DNA of 63,327 nucleotides, the filler included, from an uncultured Methanosarcinales archaeon (GTDB lineage Archaea > Nanobdellota > Nanobdellia > Woesearchaeales > UBA12501), in NCBI GenBank assembly GCA_964397315.1. It is 3 parts of 3 records of this genome, joined end to end, with 100 filler letters (N's around TTAATTAATTAA, not from the genome) between each part and the next. Parts side by side here need not be neighbours in the genome. Positions count along the whole stretch, not along the records: positions 1 to 27,912 come from CAYNHV010000019.1; 2 more parts are not named here. The stretch is one strand, 5' to 3'. The position numbers and the translations under genes were made by a program. Below are positions 1-9,573 of this stretch, piece by piece (the first letter of the stretch is position 1; each line of letters opens with the position of its first letter). The notes under the pieces are model-generated. The model made no database searches. It had not been told where the DNA came from and worked only from the letters and a program-made list of their open reading frames with translations.

Positions 1-250
1 GTGCTTTTCCAGAAGGTGTGAACCTGCTAAGCAGTTGTGCAGTAAGGGTGGGAAGTACCTGGAGCTATCAGCATTAACCCAGCCTCGCAAGGGAGGGAAT
101 TACCAGGAATAACAATCATAAACTCAATATTCCCAGGGAAGCATCAGGAATCATAATAATAAACAAACCTAAGGGAGAGTGGAATCTGGAGTTATTAAAA
201 CCAAAATATCAGCCTCAGAAGAGCTGGAATTACCAGTAATCATTAAGATC
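1..250 (+). repeat. Copy A (3' part) of a long dispersed non-coding repeat, ending in about five degenerate tandem units
   Basis: AACCTGCTAAGCAGTTGTGCAGTAAGGGTGGGAAGTACCTGGAG matches the 28110-28165 and 41530-41575 regions. Units such as GGGAATTACCAGGAATAACAATCATAAAC recur about every 45 nt. Confidence 0.8.
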
Positions 251-304
251 TCCCTGCTGCCTTGCAAAACATTTAAATACCTGTAAGGCCTCTATAGTGG
301 TAAG

Positions 305-457
305 ATGATAGACACTATTATAATGCTGGTTGTTGTGCTTGCAATAGTTCTCATAGCTGTGTCCATAATAAAGGCAACAGCCAAGTTCCTTCTGAAGCTG
401 GGGATATTCGCCCTGCTTGTCTTCCTGGCATTTGAGGTAATCCAGATGGTGAGATGA
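305..457 (+). CDS. Small membrane protein, 50 aa (below ORF-track cutoff)
   Basis: MIDTIIMLVVVLAIVLIAVSIIKATAKFLLKLGIFALLVFLAFEVIQMVR has two hydrophobic segments. TTTAAATA TATA-like box about 30 nt upstream. Confidence 0.6.
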   Translation: MIDTIIMLVVVLAIVLIAVSIIKATAKFLLKLGIFALLVFLAFEVIQMVR

Positions 458-473
458 CAGCCATTACAAAGGC

Positions 474-1061
474 TCACTCCTCCTCAACACATATTCCGTC
501 AGAGCACTTTCCGGGGCAGGTATGCTCTTCTGTCATGACCTCTCCATACTCGCCGTTGCTGCAGTACCTCTCAAGAAGCGTATTCTCGTCAGCGCACTTG
601 TCGGCCATCCTGTTCTTCATGGCGTCAGTGACCTCCCCCTTTACATCATAGTTCTTTCCATTGTCAGTGTCATCACAGGGCTCTTCAGCAATAACCAGGC
701 ACTTGCCGTCCCTGCAGAACTCCCTTGATGGCGAGCAAAGCTCCACCTTGTCATTGCTCTCCATTGTGCAGTATGATTTCACAGTCCCCTTGTTGTGGCA
801 GACAGGCTCGCTTCTCGGCGTTACAACACTTCCCTGGAAGCAGTAAGGCTCTTTTGAGCTAGGCTCTCCGCAGTCTGAGTCAGAATAGCACTTCACTTCA
901 GGAGCCTCCTGAACCTCAGCACCTGTGACTCCCCCTGTTTCATTGCCTGCCTCATCCCGGGATCCTGCGCTCAGGCTCCTCTCAGGCTGGGAGCATCCGC
1001 TTAAAAGAATCAGGATGCAGGTTATTATCATGCCTAACACAGCTTTTCTCACAATCATCAC
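474..1061 (-). CDS. Cys-rich secreted lipoprotein
   Basis: Lipobox LLSGC after a hydrophobic signal; many Cys; C-D-D-T-D-x-G motif typical of DPANN surface proteins. Confidence 0.7.
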   Translation of the reverse strand: MMIVRKAVLGMIITCILILLSGCSQPERSLSAGSRDEAGNETGGVTGAEVQEAPEVKCYSDSDCGEPSSKEPYCFQGSVVTPRSEPVCHNKGTVKSYCTMESNDKVELCSPSREFCRDGKCLVIAEEPCDDTDNGKNYDVKGEVTDAMKNRMADKCADENTLLERYCSNGEYGEVMTEEHTCPGKCSDGICVEEE

Positions 1062-1227
1062 CCCTGAATGCAGGCTGGGCTGTAATTATTTAAAGCTTTT
1101 GCTTTGCTTGTATTCCAGTGCAACAAAATTTATATAGCCATGCGTCTGTATTGTTGTGAAAAGAGGTGCGCATAAGCCGGGCTCTTGTCCGGCTTATGCT
1201 TATCAATCCTCCTGCAGGCCAGTAAAA

Positions 1228-1968
1228 ATGAGACTCCTTGACATGATAAAGGCGCTGATTGTGGCGGCTGTCTGCGCTGCTCTTCTCATCTCATGCAGCA
1301 ATGACGCGCCTGCCAGCACCACTGATGATAATGCAGGCAACACCACGCAAAAGGACAGTGTCCAGGGCATGGCATATGCGCCTCCTGATGACAACAGCAC
1401 ACTCCAGCAGGAAAGCGGGGCAGCAGAGAACATGACAGGCAGCAGCGCAAGCGGCAATTCTTCAGATAACAACAGCTCTTCAGAAGACATGAAAGAGACT
1501 GACGTGACGCTTGCTGACATCCCTGACTTCATAGGGGGGATGGATTTCATAGTGGGCAACAAGGCCCCCTCAGTTGACATAGTCACAATATCAGAGATAA
1601 AATCATCTCTCATGGAAAAAGGCATAGAAACAGGGAGCGCGAAACTGGCAGACAGCGTGGATGATTACACATCAGGCAATCACATAATAATAGGCAGCCC
1701 GTGCGACAACCCCGCTGCAGCAGAACTTCTGAAAAAGGAGATAAGTGAGGGGGGCGGCTGCGGCATATTTGAGGAGGGCACCGCAATGATAAGTCTGTTC
1801 AGGACATCAGGGGACAGCATCATCCTTTATGCAGGCGGAGGCACAGGCGCTGACACCAGAAAGGCTGGAAGGGTGCTCGCCAACTTTGACGATTACACTC
1901 TTGCAGGAGCTGCTGTTGAGGTAAAAGGCCCTGCTTCAGACCCTTCTGTGAGCCTGATGATAATCTGA
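1228..1968 (+). CDS. Lipoprotein with S-layer-protein-like domain
   Basis: Lipobox LLISC, then a low-complexity linker, then motifs VGNKAPSVD, IIIGSPCDN and AGGGTGADTRKA resembling Methanococcales-type S-layer N/C domains. Start moved to ATG 1228. Confidence 0.6.
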   Translation: MRLLDMIKALIVAAVCAALLISCSNDAPASTTDDNAGNTTQKDSVQGMAYAPPDDNSTLQQESGAAENMTGSSASGNSSDNNSSSEDMKETDVTLADIPDFIGGMDFIVGNKAPSVDIVTISEIKSSLMEKGIETGSAKLADSVDDYTSGNHIIIGSPCDNPAAAELLKKEISEGGGCGIFEEGTAMISLFRTSGDSIILYAGGGTGADTRKAGRVLANFDDYTLAGAAVEVKGPASDPSVSLMII

Positions 1969-1978
1969 GGCCGGAACA

Positions 1979-2170
1979 ATGGAATGCAGGAAGGAATCAA
2001 ACCTTGAGAAATGCCCTTGCACTTACCCGGGCTGCCCAAGGAAGGGCATATGCTGCGAGTGCATAAGGCATCATCTTGAGAGCAATGAGCTCCCTGCGTG
2101 CTGCTTCCCTCCTGAAGTGGAGAAGACATTTGACAGGAGCTTTGACAAGTTTGTTGAGATCAACAGGTAA
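1979..2170 (+). CDS. Small Cys-rich protein (DUF6485-like)
   Basis: CPCTYPGCPRKGICCECIRHH...LPACCF pattern. Confidence 0.7.
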   Translation: MECRKESNLEKCPCTYPGCPRKGICCECIRHHLESNELPACCFPPEVEKTFDRSFDKFVEINR

Positions 2171-2324
2171 AAGGCATATTTTCTTCCACCCTTACCCGCC
2201 CGCTTAATTTGACCACTCTGGAGTACTTAAATATAAGAAAAATTTAAATACACGCTGCTGGTATCACAAGGCTTGCTCTGCCCAGTGAGCAGAACAGCTG
2301 CACAAGCAGGCAAAGAGTGAGAAC

Positions 2325-3941
2325 ATGAGTGATGAAGATGAAAAAGGAATAAGCGCAGGCATGCCAGTGCTGGACAAAGGCTTTCCAGGAGAGGTGCTGA
2401 GGCTCGGCAATAAGAGGCTGGCCGATTCAGACATCATACCTCTTCTCAAGCCATTGCTTGCAGACACCCTTGACAAGCTTGACGAGCTGCTTCTCAGGGA
2501 GCCTGCTTGGGAGCCTTATGCAAGGCCGAAAAGAATGTTCTTTGAAAGGCACGGCAGTATTTACACCCCTGTCCTGAGGTGCGGCATAGCAAGGGGAACA
2601 GCAGAAAGGGGGGTGATAAGCAGCGAGGGTATTGAGGGCAAGATACACCGCCTGAGAGGGACTGACTTTGCAGAAGATGAGAAAGAGGTGATGGCTGAGG
2701 AGCTGGACAGGCTCGGCCTTACAGTAACAAGGCAGCAGCTTTATGAATGGATTGAAGGCAAGGTGGTTGCCCCACGAGACTGGAAGAACTACGCAGCCCT
2801 GTCAGAGATAAACAGCGTGTTCAGGGATTATTACACAGCAGAGAACAACACAATAATCCCCTCAAAAAGCATGCAGGAAGAGCTGAAAGTGTACAATGCA
2901 ATACGCAGCAGCATGATGAGGGCTGCAGAGGAGCTGAAAAACATCATATACAGCGAGCCGCAGCAGAGGGATGAGCTGCTGAGGCAGTTCAGGTCCCGCT
3001 GTAACGAAACAAACCACAATGGCATAGTCTCAGAGGGCATAGACCACATGATAGGCAAGCTCCCTGAGGAAGAGGTGAGGAGGAGCTTTGAATACATTGA
3101 ATGGGGAAAGGTAAGGGAGATGATAAAGAAAGGAGACAGGAGGACAAGGGAGAGGCTGAAGAAAACAATGGATGTCATAAGAAAGAGGCAGAGCCCTCCG
3201 GGAGTATCAATAAAAAACCCTAATGAGCTGTACCAGGACTTCCTGGTGCTCACCACCATGTTCGGGGAAGCGGTCAGCCTCTATGCCCTGAAAAAGAACT
3301 TCAGCCAGATCCTGGAGGCAGAGAGGAACAGCGAGTCATCCTACATCATAAGGGGAGTCACTGAAAAACTGATGCCAAAGGTGAACGCTGTTGTTGACAG
3401 GGGGCCTGCAGAAAAATTCACCTGCATGACAGAGGAGGCAAAGGAAAAATACTCCAGCCTGATATCAAGCATTGCAGGAGAGGGAACTGAGGGCATTGAC
3501 AGGGAGCTGGGCATTGACCCCTCATCTGGTTACAGCGTGACCAGCCTTGTCAGGGCATCAGAGAAGATAATAGACAGGCTCCCCCATGAGTTCAAGAAAT
3601 ACGTGGCCTACAGGAGAATCCTGAGAGAGGACAAGGCAGGCCCTGCCTCAAGGAAGAGGGGCTCTGAAAGGGCCCTCTCAAAGGATGAGAGAAAGCAGAT
3701 CCAGAAGACGGCTGGCCGGCTCAGGCAGGAGATACAGGAAAAGTACGGGTTCACGCCCTCTGACAATTTCAGCTATACAATTGACCTCAGGGAGCATACC
3801 AGCACACTGAGAGAATACTGCTTTGAGCCCTTGCTCAACAAGTGGGAAAAAACACTTATGAATTTTGAAGAGCAGCCAGGTCCAGGAGCCCGCCCTCTTT
3901 CATATAGCCCTGGGCAGGTTTGGAACGAGCCTTTTGATTAA
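2325..3941 (+). CDS. Hypothetical protein, 538 aa
   Basis: Long ORF with host-like codon usage and an upstream TATA-like box; no motif recognised. Confidence 0.7.
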   Translation: MSDEDEKGISAGMPVLDKGFPGEVLRLGNKRLADSDIIPLLKPLLADTLDKLDELLLREPAWEPYARPKRMFFERHGSIYTPVLRCGIARGTAERGVISSEGIEGKIHRLRGTDFAEDEKEVMAEELDRLGLTVTRQQLYEWIEGKVVAPRDWKNYAALSEINSVFRDYYTAENNTIIPSKSMQEELKVYNAIRSSMMRAAEELKNIIYSEPQQRDELLRQFRSRCNETNHNGIVSEGIDHMIGKLPEEEVRRSFEYIEWGKVREMIKKGDRRTRERLKKTMDVIRKRQSPPGVSIKNPNELYQDFLVLTTMFGEAVSLYALKKNFSQILEAERNSESSYIIRGVTEKLMPKVNAVVDRGPAEKFTCMTEEAKEKYSSLISSIAGEGTEGIDRELGIDPSSGYSVTSLVRASEKIIDRLPHEFKKYVAYRRILREDKAGPASRKRGSERALSKDERKQIQKTAGRLRQEIQEKYGFTPSDNFSYTIDLREHTSTLREYCFEPLLNKWEKTLMNFEEQPGPGARPLSYSPGQVWNEPFD

Positions 3942-3944
3942 AGC

Positions 3945-4144
3945 CTCGGGGAAACTCAGGCAGCTTCTAGTTGCTTTGCAACCAGAGCTCCCTTAGAATA
4001 GATTCATAGGAACCGTTTTTGCATTCTTTATTCGGAGGATTCCGAGCGAAGCGAGGATATCCTCCTTGATGGCCGGGTCAAGGAAGAAGACCCTTGTCGG
4101 GGAAACTCAGGCAGCTTCTAGTGCTTGCGCAGCGGAGCTCCCTT
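3945..4144. repeat. Two ~48-bp imperfect direct repeats flanking a hairpin
   Basis: TCGGGGAAACTCAGGCAGCTTCTAGT...GAGCTCCCTT near 3946-3994 and 4097-4144; hairpin GGAGGAT...ATCCTCC at 4034-4065. Confidence 0.8.
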
Positions 4145-4153
4145 CTTATTCCA

Positions 4154-4226
4154 TAGCCCGGGGCAGATTTGAACTGCCGTCACAGCTTCCAAAGAGCTGT
4201 ATCCTTGACCACTAGACGACCGGGCT
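4154..4226 (-). tRNA. tRNA-Gln(UUG), no intron, CCA not encoded
   Basis: The reverse complement AGCCCGGTCGTCTAGTGGTCAAGGATACAGCTCTTTGGAAGCTGTGACGGCAGTTCAAATCTGCCCCGGGCTA folds as a cloverleaf with anticodon arm CAGCT-CTTTGGA-AGCTG. Confidence 0.93.
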
Positions 4227-4322
4227 GCAGCCATAAGCCTGCTGTCTCGCTTTATAAAATTTGCTGTTGCTTATGCAAAAAATAAAAAAATATTTAAACC
4301 TCTTCCCTTTACTGGCCTTAAA

Positions 4323-4844
4323 ATGAAAAAAGCGGTAATCCTTGTATTCTCAGTTCTCCTTCTTATTAGTGTTGCTTCCTGCAGCGACGGCAATGGAAAC
4401 AATTCCAAAGTGGTCAAACCCGCAGTTCCTGCAGAGAAGAACGGAGACAATGACTCCTCACAGGACAGCGCAGATGAAAATACCTCTCCAGAGACTAAGA
4501 TAGACCTTGCTATTGTTGACGCTTACTTTTCCCCCACATACTCAAATCCAGGAGAGGATGTTGAGCTGAAGTTTCTTGTGAAGAACCAGGGCACTGAAGC
4601 AGCAGGCAGCTTTGACTACACTATAAAGATATATAAGGGAGACTCGCTCTGGAAAGAGGACACCTTCACCCTTGGAGAGGGCCTTGCAAAAGAGGAGACA
4701 ACAAAGGTGGCCAGGCCTTATGTATTCCAGGAGGCAGGAACTTACTCTGCAACAGTAAAGGTTGACTCAGGCAGCAGTATAAGCGAGCTTGTTGAGACCA
4801 ACAACGAGATGGAAGCAAAGGCTGACGCAATTGTCATAAAATAG
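4323..4844 (+). CDS. CARDB-domain lipoprotein
   Basis: Lipobox VASC; DLAI...VKNQG...G.Y...VKVD....ISELVETNN is the CARDB signature. Confidence 0.8.
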   Translation: MKKAVILVFSVLLLISVASCSDGNGNNSKVVKPAVPAEKNGDNDSSQDSADENTSPETKIDLAIVDAYFSPTYSNPGEDVELKFLVKNQGTEAAGSFDYTIKIYKGDSLWKEDTFTLGEGLAKEETTKVARPYVFQEAGTYSATVKVDSGSSISELVETNNEMEAKADAIVIK

Positions 4845-4942
4845 AGTCCCCTAGAATTCCTCTATTGTGACACAAACAGGCTCCTGCCCGTATATGCTTT
4901 TTCAAAACATTTAAATACTACTATTCTATAGGTTATCAAAAA

Positions 4943-7138
4943 ATGGTGAGCCAGGGAGAAGTTAAGACAGATGTAGACAGGCTTCTTGATTTTGTAAAGC
5001 AGAAGAAGGAGATTTCTATTGAGGACGCTGCAAAACAGCTTGGCATGCCTGCCAAGACTATTGAGGCTCTTGCTGACCTTTTGGAGGAGGAGGGAATGCT
5101 TCATCTCAAGTACAAGTTCACAACACCCTACCTCGCTTCTGAGATTCCCCAGAGCGAGAAGAAATCCCCCAAGGAGGAGAACAAGGAGTTCGTGGCTGAG
5201 AAGGAAGAGGAAAAGCCCAAAAAGGGGGAGAAGGAAGAGAAAGGGCCTGAGATAAAGGACAAGGGAACAGCAGAGGAGAAGAAAGAGGAAGGGAAACAGA
5301 AAGAGAAGGGGGAAGTGCCTCCTGAGAAGATAAAGCCGGAGTCCCCTGTAAAGAAAAAAGAGGAGATCCAGGTTCCTGAGACAGATGACATTGACCAGCT
5401 CATAGGAAAAGCGAATGAGTTCATATCAAGGGGCAACTTTGAGGCAGCGAGGAAGGTGTACCTGAAGATAAAGAGGCTCAAGCAGGACCTCCCGAAGAAG
5501 TTCATGGAAAAGGAAAAGAAGGTTGAGGAGGGGCTGGTGGAGGTTAATGAAAGCCTTGTTGGAGGGATTGACAAGGCAATCTCAACAGACTTTAGCAAGA
5601 AGATAAAGGACATAGAGTCTCTCTTTACAGAGGCGGACTCGCTCACGAAATCAGGAGGCGTAAAGAGCATTGACAGCCTCAAAAAGGTTGAGGACGTCTA
5701 TAGCAGGATAAAGGACATCTACCTTTCACTTCCTGCAGGCTTCATGGAAAAGAAGATGTCCATACAGGACAGGATGCTCAGCCTTTACAGGACAATCATA
5801 TCAAGCAGGAAAAGCCTGCTTGCAGAGGACTTCAGGTCAAAGTCAGACAGGATAGTCCAGCTCATGAACCAGCTCGCCCAGAAGCTGAAGGAGAACAGGA
5901 TTGACGAGGCAAACAAGATATTCAGGGACATAACCTCCACCTACAAGAGTCTGCCAAGGGGGTTTCTCAAGGAGAAGACAGACCTGCAGAAAAGAATACT
6001 CACCCTTTACCAGCAGATGATACTCAACAGGGAGGAGGTGTTCTCAAAAGAGATAAATGAAAAATCCGAAAAAATAAATGCGCTGCTCCACCAGGCCTCA
6101 AACCTTGCAGGCATGGGCAAGACAGGCAGGGCAAAAGCAATCTACAACAAGGCAACAGACCTCTACTCCTCGCTGCCTGAAGGGTTTTATGACATAAGGG
6201 CAGGCCTTGAGATAAAAATGCTTGACCTCCACCACCTCATAACACTGAAAGAGAGCAAGGAGTCGCTGCACGAGATGAAGGCAAAAGAGCAGGAGATAGA
6301 ATCCCTCATGCAGAGCGCCACCGGCTACATCAAGAACAGGGAGTTTGAGCTTGCAAAAGAAGCATACAAGGAGGTGGTGAAAGCCTACAACTCCATGCCA
6401 GAGGGATTCCTTGACAAGAACCTCAAGATAAGGGAAAAGATAGTCAGGCTCTACAAGGAGCTGCTGTCGCACGAGACCGAGCCCATGATAGGCGAGGCTG
6501 ACAGCGATACAGTGAAGACATACTCCCAGCTGCTCAAGCTGCTGGTGCAGATACATGATCACATCAAGAAGAAGGAGTTCAGCAGCATAAAGGACAAGTA
6601 CTTTGCCGCGTACAGGCTCTACCATCAGCTGCCCCTGAGCTTCCTTGAGAAAAAGACAAGCATATACAGGGAGATCTACAAGATATACGAGGAGCTCAAG
6701 CTTTACACCAGCGTGATGAAGCTTTCAGAATACGCAAACAATCAGGAATATGACCGGCTGAAGGAGCAGCTCAACATCCTCATAGACCATCACAAGTCAC
6801 TCAAGGAGAAATACCCTGAGGACATGGAGCTGTTCAGGTTTGTCCACAGCAAGATACTCATATACCTTGACATGGTAAAGGGGAAGAAGGCTGCGACAGG
6901 AAAGGATGTCAGGAAGAAGGTTGAGGATGCCAGCAGGCTGAAGAAAAAGGAGAGCATCAAAAAGCCTCCTGAGCTCAGCTCTCATGAGAAGGAGCAGGCC
7001 CGGCCAGAGCCTGCTGCAGCCGGAATGCCGGGAGTCCACCCCTCACAGGAAGAAGGGGGCGTTGAAAAGGCAGCCCCTGCCCAGGAAACATCAAGCGCCA
7101 TAGCATACTTAAAGAACAGGTACAAAAAGAGAGCATGA
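4943..7138 (+). CDS. Large helical-repeat protein with N-terminal winged-HTH-like segment, upstream of the pilus ATPase
   Basis: N-terminus ISIEDAAKQLG...LEEEG; charged linker; repeated Y-x-x-LP-x-GF-x-x-K motif about every 50-80 aa. Confidence 0.7.
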   Translation: MVSQGEVKTDVDRLLDFVKQKKEISIEDAAKQLGMPAKTIEALADLLEEEGMLHLKYKFTTPYLASEIPQSEKKSPKEENKEFVAEKEEEKPKKGEKEEKGPEIKDKGTAEEKKEEGKQKEKGEVPPEKIKPESPVKKKEEIQVPETDDIDQLIGKANEFISRGNFEAARKVYLKIKRLKQDLPKKFMEKEKKVEEGLVEVNESLVGGIDKAISTDFSKKIKDIESLFTEADSLTKSGGVKSIDSLKKVEDVYSRIKDIYLSLPAGFMEKKMSIQDRMLSLYRTIISSRKSLLAEDFRSKSDRIVQLMNQLAQKLKENRIDEANKIFRDITSTYKSLPRGFLKEKTDLQKRILTLYQQMILNREEVFSKEINEKSEKINALLHQASNLAGMGKTGRAKAIYNKATDLYSSLPEGFYDIRAGLEIKMLDLHHLITLKESKESLHEMKAKEQEIESLMQSATGYIKNREFELAKEAYKEVVKAYNSMPEGFLDKNLKIREKIVRLYKELLSHETEPMIGEADSDTVKTYSQLLKLLVQIHDHIKKKEFSSIKDKYFAAYRLYHQLPLSFLEKKTSIYREIYKIYEELKLYTSVMKLSEYANNQEYDRLKEQLNILIDHHKSLKEKYPEDMELFRFVHSKILIYLDMVKGKKAATGKDVRKKVEDASRLKKKESIKKPPELSSHEKEQARPEPAAAGMPGVHPSQEEGGVEKAAPAQETSSAIAYLKNRYKKRA

Positions 7139-7214
7139 CTCCTGTCCTGCTTATATCCTGATTCACTATCAAGCCCCGCAAGCGCGGCAAGCTCAGGGGA
7201 AAAAGAGGTGCAGA

Positions 7215-8702
7215 ATGCCGGAAGAGACAGAAGAAGATTCAGAAGTGCTTGACAATTACGAGATAAAGCTCGGCAACCTTGTCACAACAGTTGAAGTCTC
7301 CCAGAAGAAGGAGGATTTTGTCCCGAAATACCATATATCAGTGTCAAACATAAGCCCCACAACAAAGATAATTCTTGAGAAGATAAGAAAGGAGTTCATC
7401 TCCAGCGTGAACGTCTCAATGGAGGATGTCGGCGGAGAAAGGGGGGTTGACATAATAAAGAAGAAGTTTGAGAAAGAGATACAGGTCCTCATAAACAAGT
7501 ACTTCTCAAACCTTGACAAGGACACGACAGACGTGCTTGTCAGCTACATAATAAGGCAGAACCTGGGGCTGGGGGACATAGAGATACTGCTTAAGGACGC
7601 GAACCTTGAGGAGATTGTGATAAACAGCTCAAAAGAGCCTGTGTGGGTGTACCACAAGCACCACGGCTGGCTCAAGACAAACGTTATGATGCCCAGCGAG
7701 GCAAGGATAAGGCATTACGCCACAATGATAGCAAGGGATATTGGAAAGGAGATAACCCTGCTTAATCCGCTGCTTGACGCCCACCTTGAGTCAGGAGACA
7801 GGGTTAACGCCACCCTGAACCCCATATCCGACTTCGGAAACACCATAACCATAAGGAAGTTCGCTGAAAGGCCATGGACAATAACAGACTTCATAAGGGA
7901 AAAAACAATGTCATTTGATGCTGCAGCGCTCATATGGCTGGGCATACAGAACGAGCTCTCAACACTCATCGCAGGAGGCACTGGCTCTGGAAAGACATCA
8001 ACACTCAACGTGGTCTCAAACTTCTTCCCTCCCAACCAGAGGATAATAAGCATAGAGGACACCAGGGAACTCACCCTGCCGAAGCAGCTTCACTGGGTGG
8101 CCATGGCCACCAGGCTCCCAAACCCCGAGGGCAAGGGCGGAGTCAGCATGCTTGACCTTGTTGTCAACGCCCTGAGACAGAGGCCTGACAGGATTCTTGT
8201 GGGGGAGATAAGAAGGCAGAAGGAGGCTGAAGTTCTTTTTGAGGCCATGCACACAGGCCATTCAGTCTATGCCACAATACACGCCAACAACGCGAGGGAG
8301 ACAGTTGAGAGGCTTGTCAATCCTCCCATCAACATCCCTAAGAATGTCATATCAGCGCTGTCAATGCTTCTTGTGCAGAACAGGAACAGGAGGACAGGAA
8401 AGAGGAGGACCCTGCAGATAGCGGAGATAAAGGAGACAGGGGATCCTGATGTCGTGCTGCAGCTGAACGTGCAGTCTGACACGCTCAAAAAGCTGAAGGA
8501 GCCAAAGAGGGTCTTTGACACCCTTAACATGTACACCGGCATGAGCGAGGCAGAGATAAAGAAGGACCTGTCAAGAAAGGTTGAGATACTGAAGGCTCTT
8601 GTCAAGAACAATGTCAATGACGTGCATGACATAGGGTATATCATGGCAAAATACTACACAAAAGGCATTGACATTGACAGGGACATAGCAGGCAAGGGAT
8701 GA
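7215..8702 (+). CDS. Type II/IV secretion ATPase (CpaF/TadA/FlaI family)
   Basis: Walker A GGTGSGKTS; SIEDTREL; ALRQRPDRILVGEIR; AMHTGH..YATIHA. Confidence 0.95.
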   Translation: MPEETEEDSEVLDNYEIKLGNLVTTVEVSQKKEDFVPKYHISVSNISPTTKIILEKIRKEFISSVNVSMEDVGGERGVDIIKKKFEKEIQVLINKYFSNLDKDTTDVLVSYIIRQNLGLGDIEILLKDANLEEIVINSSKEPVWVYHKHHGWLKTNVMMPSEARIRHYATMIARDIGKEITLLNPLLDAHLESGDRVNATLNPISDFGNTITIRKFAERPWTITDFIREKTMSFDAAALIWLGIQNELSTLIAGGTGSGKTSTLNVVSNFFPPNQRIISIEDTRELTLPKQLHWVAMATRLPNPEGKGGVSMLDLVVNALRQRPDRILVGEIRRQKEAEVLFEAMHTGHSVYATIHANNARETVERLVNPPINIPKNVISALSMLLVQNRNRRTGKRRTLQIAEIKETGDPDVVLQLNVQSDTLKKLKEPKRVFDTLNMYTGMSEAEIKKDLSRKVEILKALVKNNVNDVHDIGYIMAKYYTKGIDIDRDIAGKG

Positions 8703-8751
8703 TATTATTCATTACCAGTGATTTTTTTAAGCGGCGCGCAGCCCCAGGAGG

Positions 8752-9573
8752 GTGATAATCATTGTCAGCATCTGGAAGATATACACCAAGAAGTTTCCCG
8801 GCATCAAGAGAAAGCTCAAGGTAGCCCATCTTGACAAGAAGCCTGAGGATTTTGTTGCGAGGTCTTTCAAGACAGCCCTGCTCCTGTCCCTGCTCCTGGC
8901 AATAACCTTCTTCTTCATACTCAGCAGCTTCGGCGCGCCCATAATCTATGCCCTAGCGTCCTTTCCGGTGCTTTTTGCGGCATTCTTCTTCTTCATGATG
9001 CACACTCCTGACGTCTACATAAGAAGGAGGCAGAGGGAGATTGAAAGGGAGGTGCTCTTTGCAGGAAGATTCATACTCGTGAAGCTGGAGTCAGGCGTTC
9101 CGTTCTTCAACGCATTGAGCGACGCGGCAGAGGCCCATGGTGTTGCAGGAAAATACTTCCAGGAGATAGTTGACAATGTCAAGCTCGGAACCCCTATTGA
9201 GAAGGCGCTTGAGAACGCGATTGACTTCACTCCCTCAGAGAGGTTCAGGAGGATACTCTGGCAGGTTACCAACTCCCTCAAGACAGGAATTGATGTTGCT
9301 GATACACTCAAGGGAATACTTGAACAGATAGCAGAGGAGCAGATAATAGAGATAAAGGAGTACGGCAAGAGGCTTAACTCAATGGCAATGTTCTACATGC
9401 TTCTCGGGGTTGTGGTTCCAGCCCTCGGAATAACCATGTTCATAATAATATCCAGCTTCCTTTCCATAAGCATATCATTTAGGTATCTCCTCTTTGCCGC
9501 TTTCATGATAGCATTCCTGCAGTTCATATTCATATCAATGTTCAAGTCAATAAGGCCCCTGGTGGAAATATGA
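8752..9573 (+). CDS. Type II secretion system F family (Tad-like) membrane platform protein
   Basis: ESGVPFFNAL...GTPIEKAL with three TM segments; follows the ATPase; GTG start after GGAGG. Confidence 0.88.
   Translation: MIIIVSIWKIYTKKFPGIKRKLKVAHLDKKPEDFVARSFKTALLLSLLLAITFFFILSSFGAPIIYALASFPVLFAAFFFFMMHTPDVYIRRRQREIEREVLFAGRFILVKLESGVPFFNALSDAAEAHGVAGKYFQEIVDNVKLGTPIEKALENAIDFTPSERFRRILWQVTNSLKTGIDVADTLKGILEQIAEEQIIEIKEYGKRLNSMAMFYMLLGVVVPALGITMFIIISSFLSISISFRYLLFAAFMIAFLQFIFISMFKSIRPLVEI

Noticed and set aside
45..250. Possible CRISPR array
   Set aside because: Units are too divergent, spacers are only about 15 nt, and there are no cas genes in the window. Reported as part of the dispersed repeat instead.
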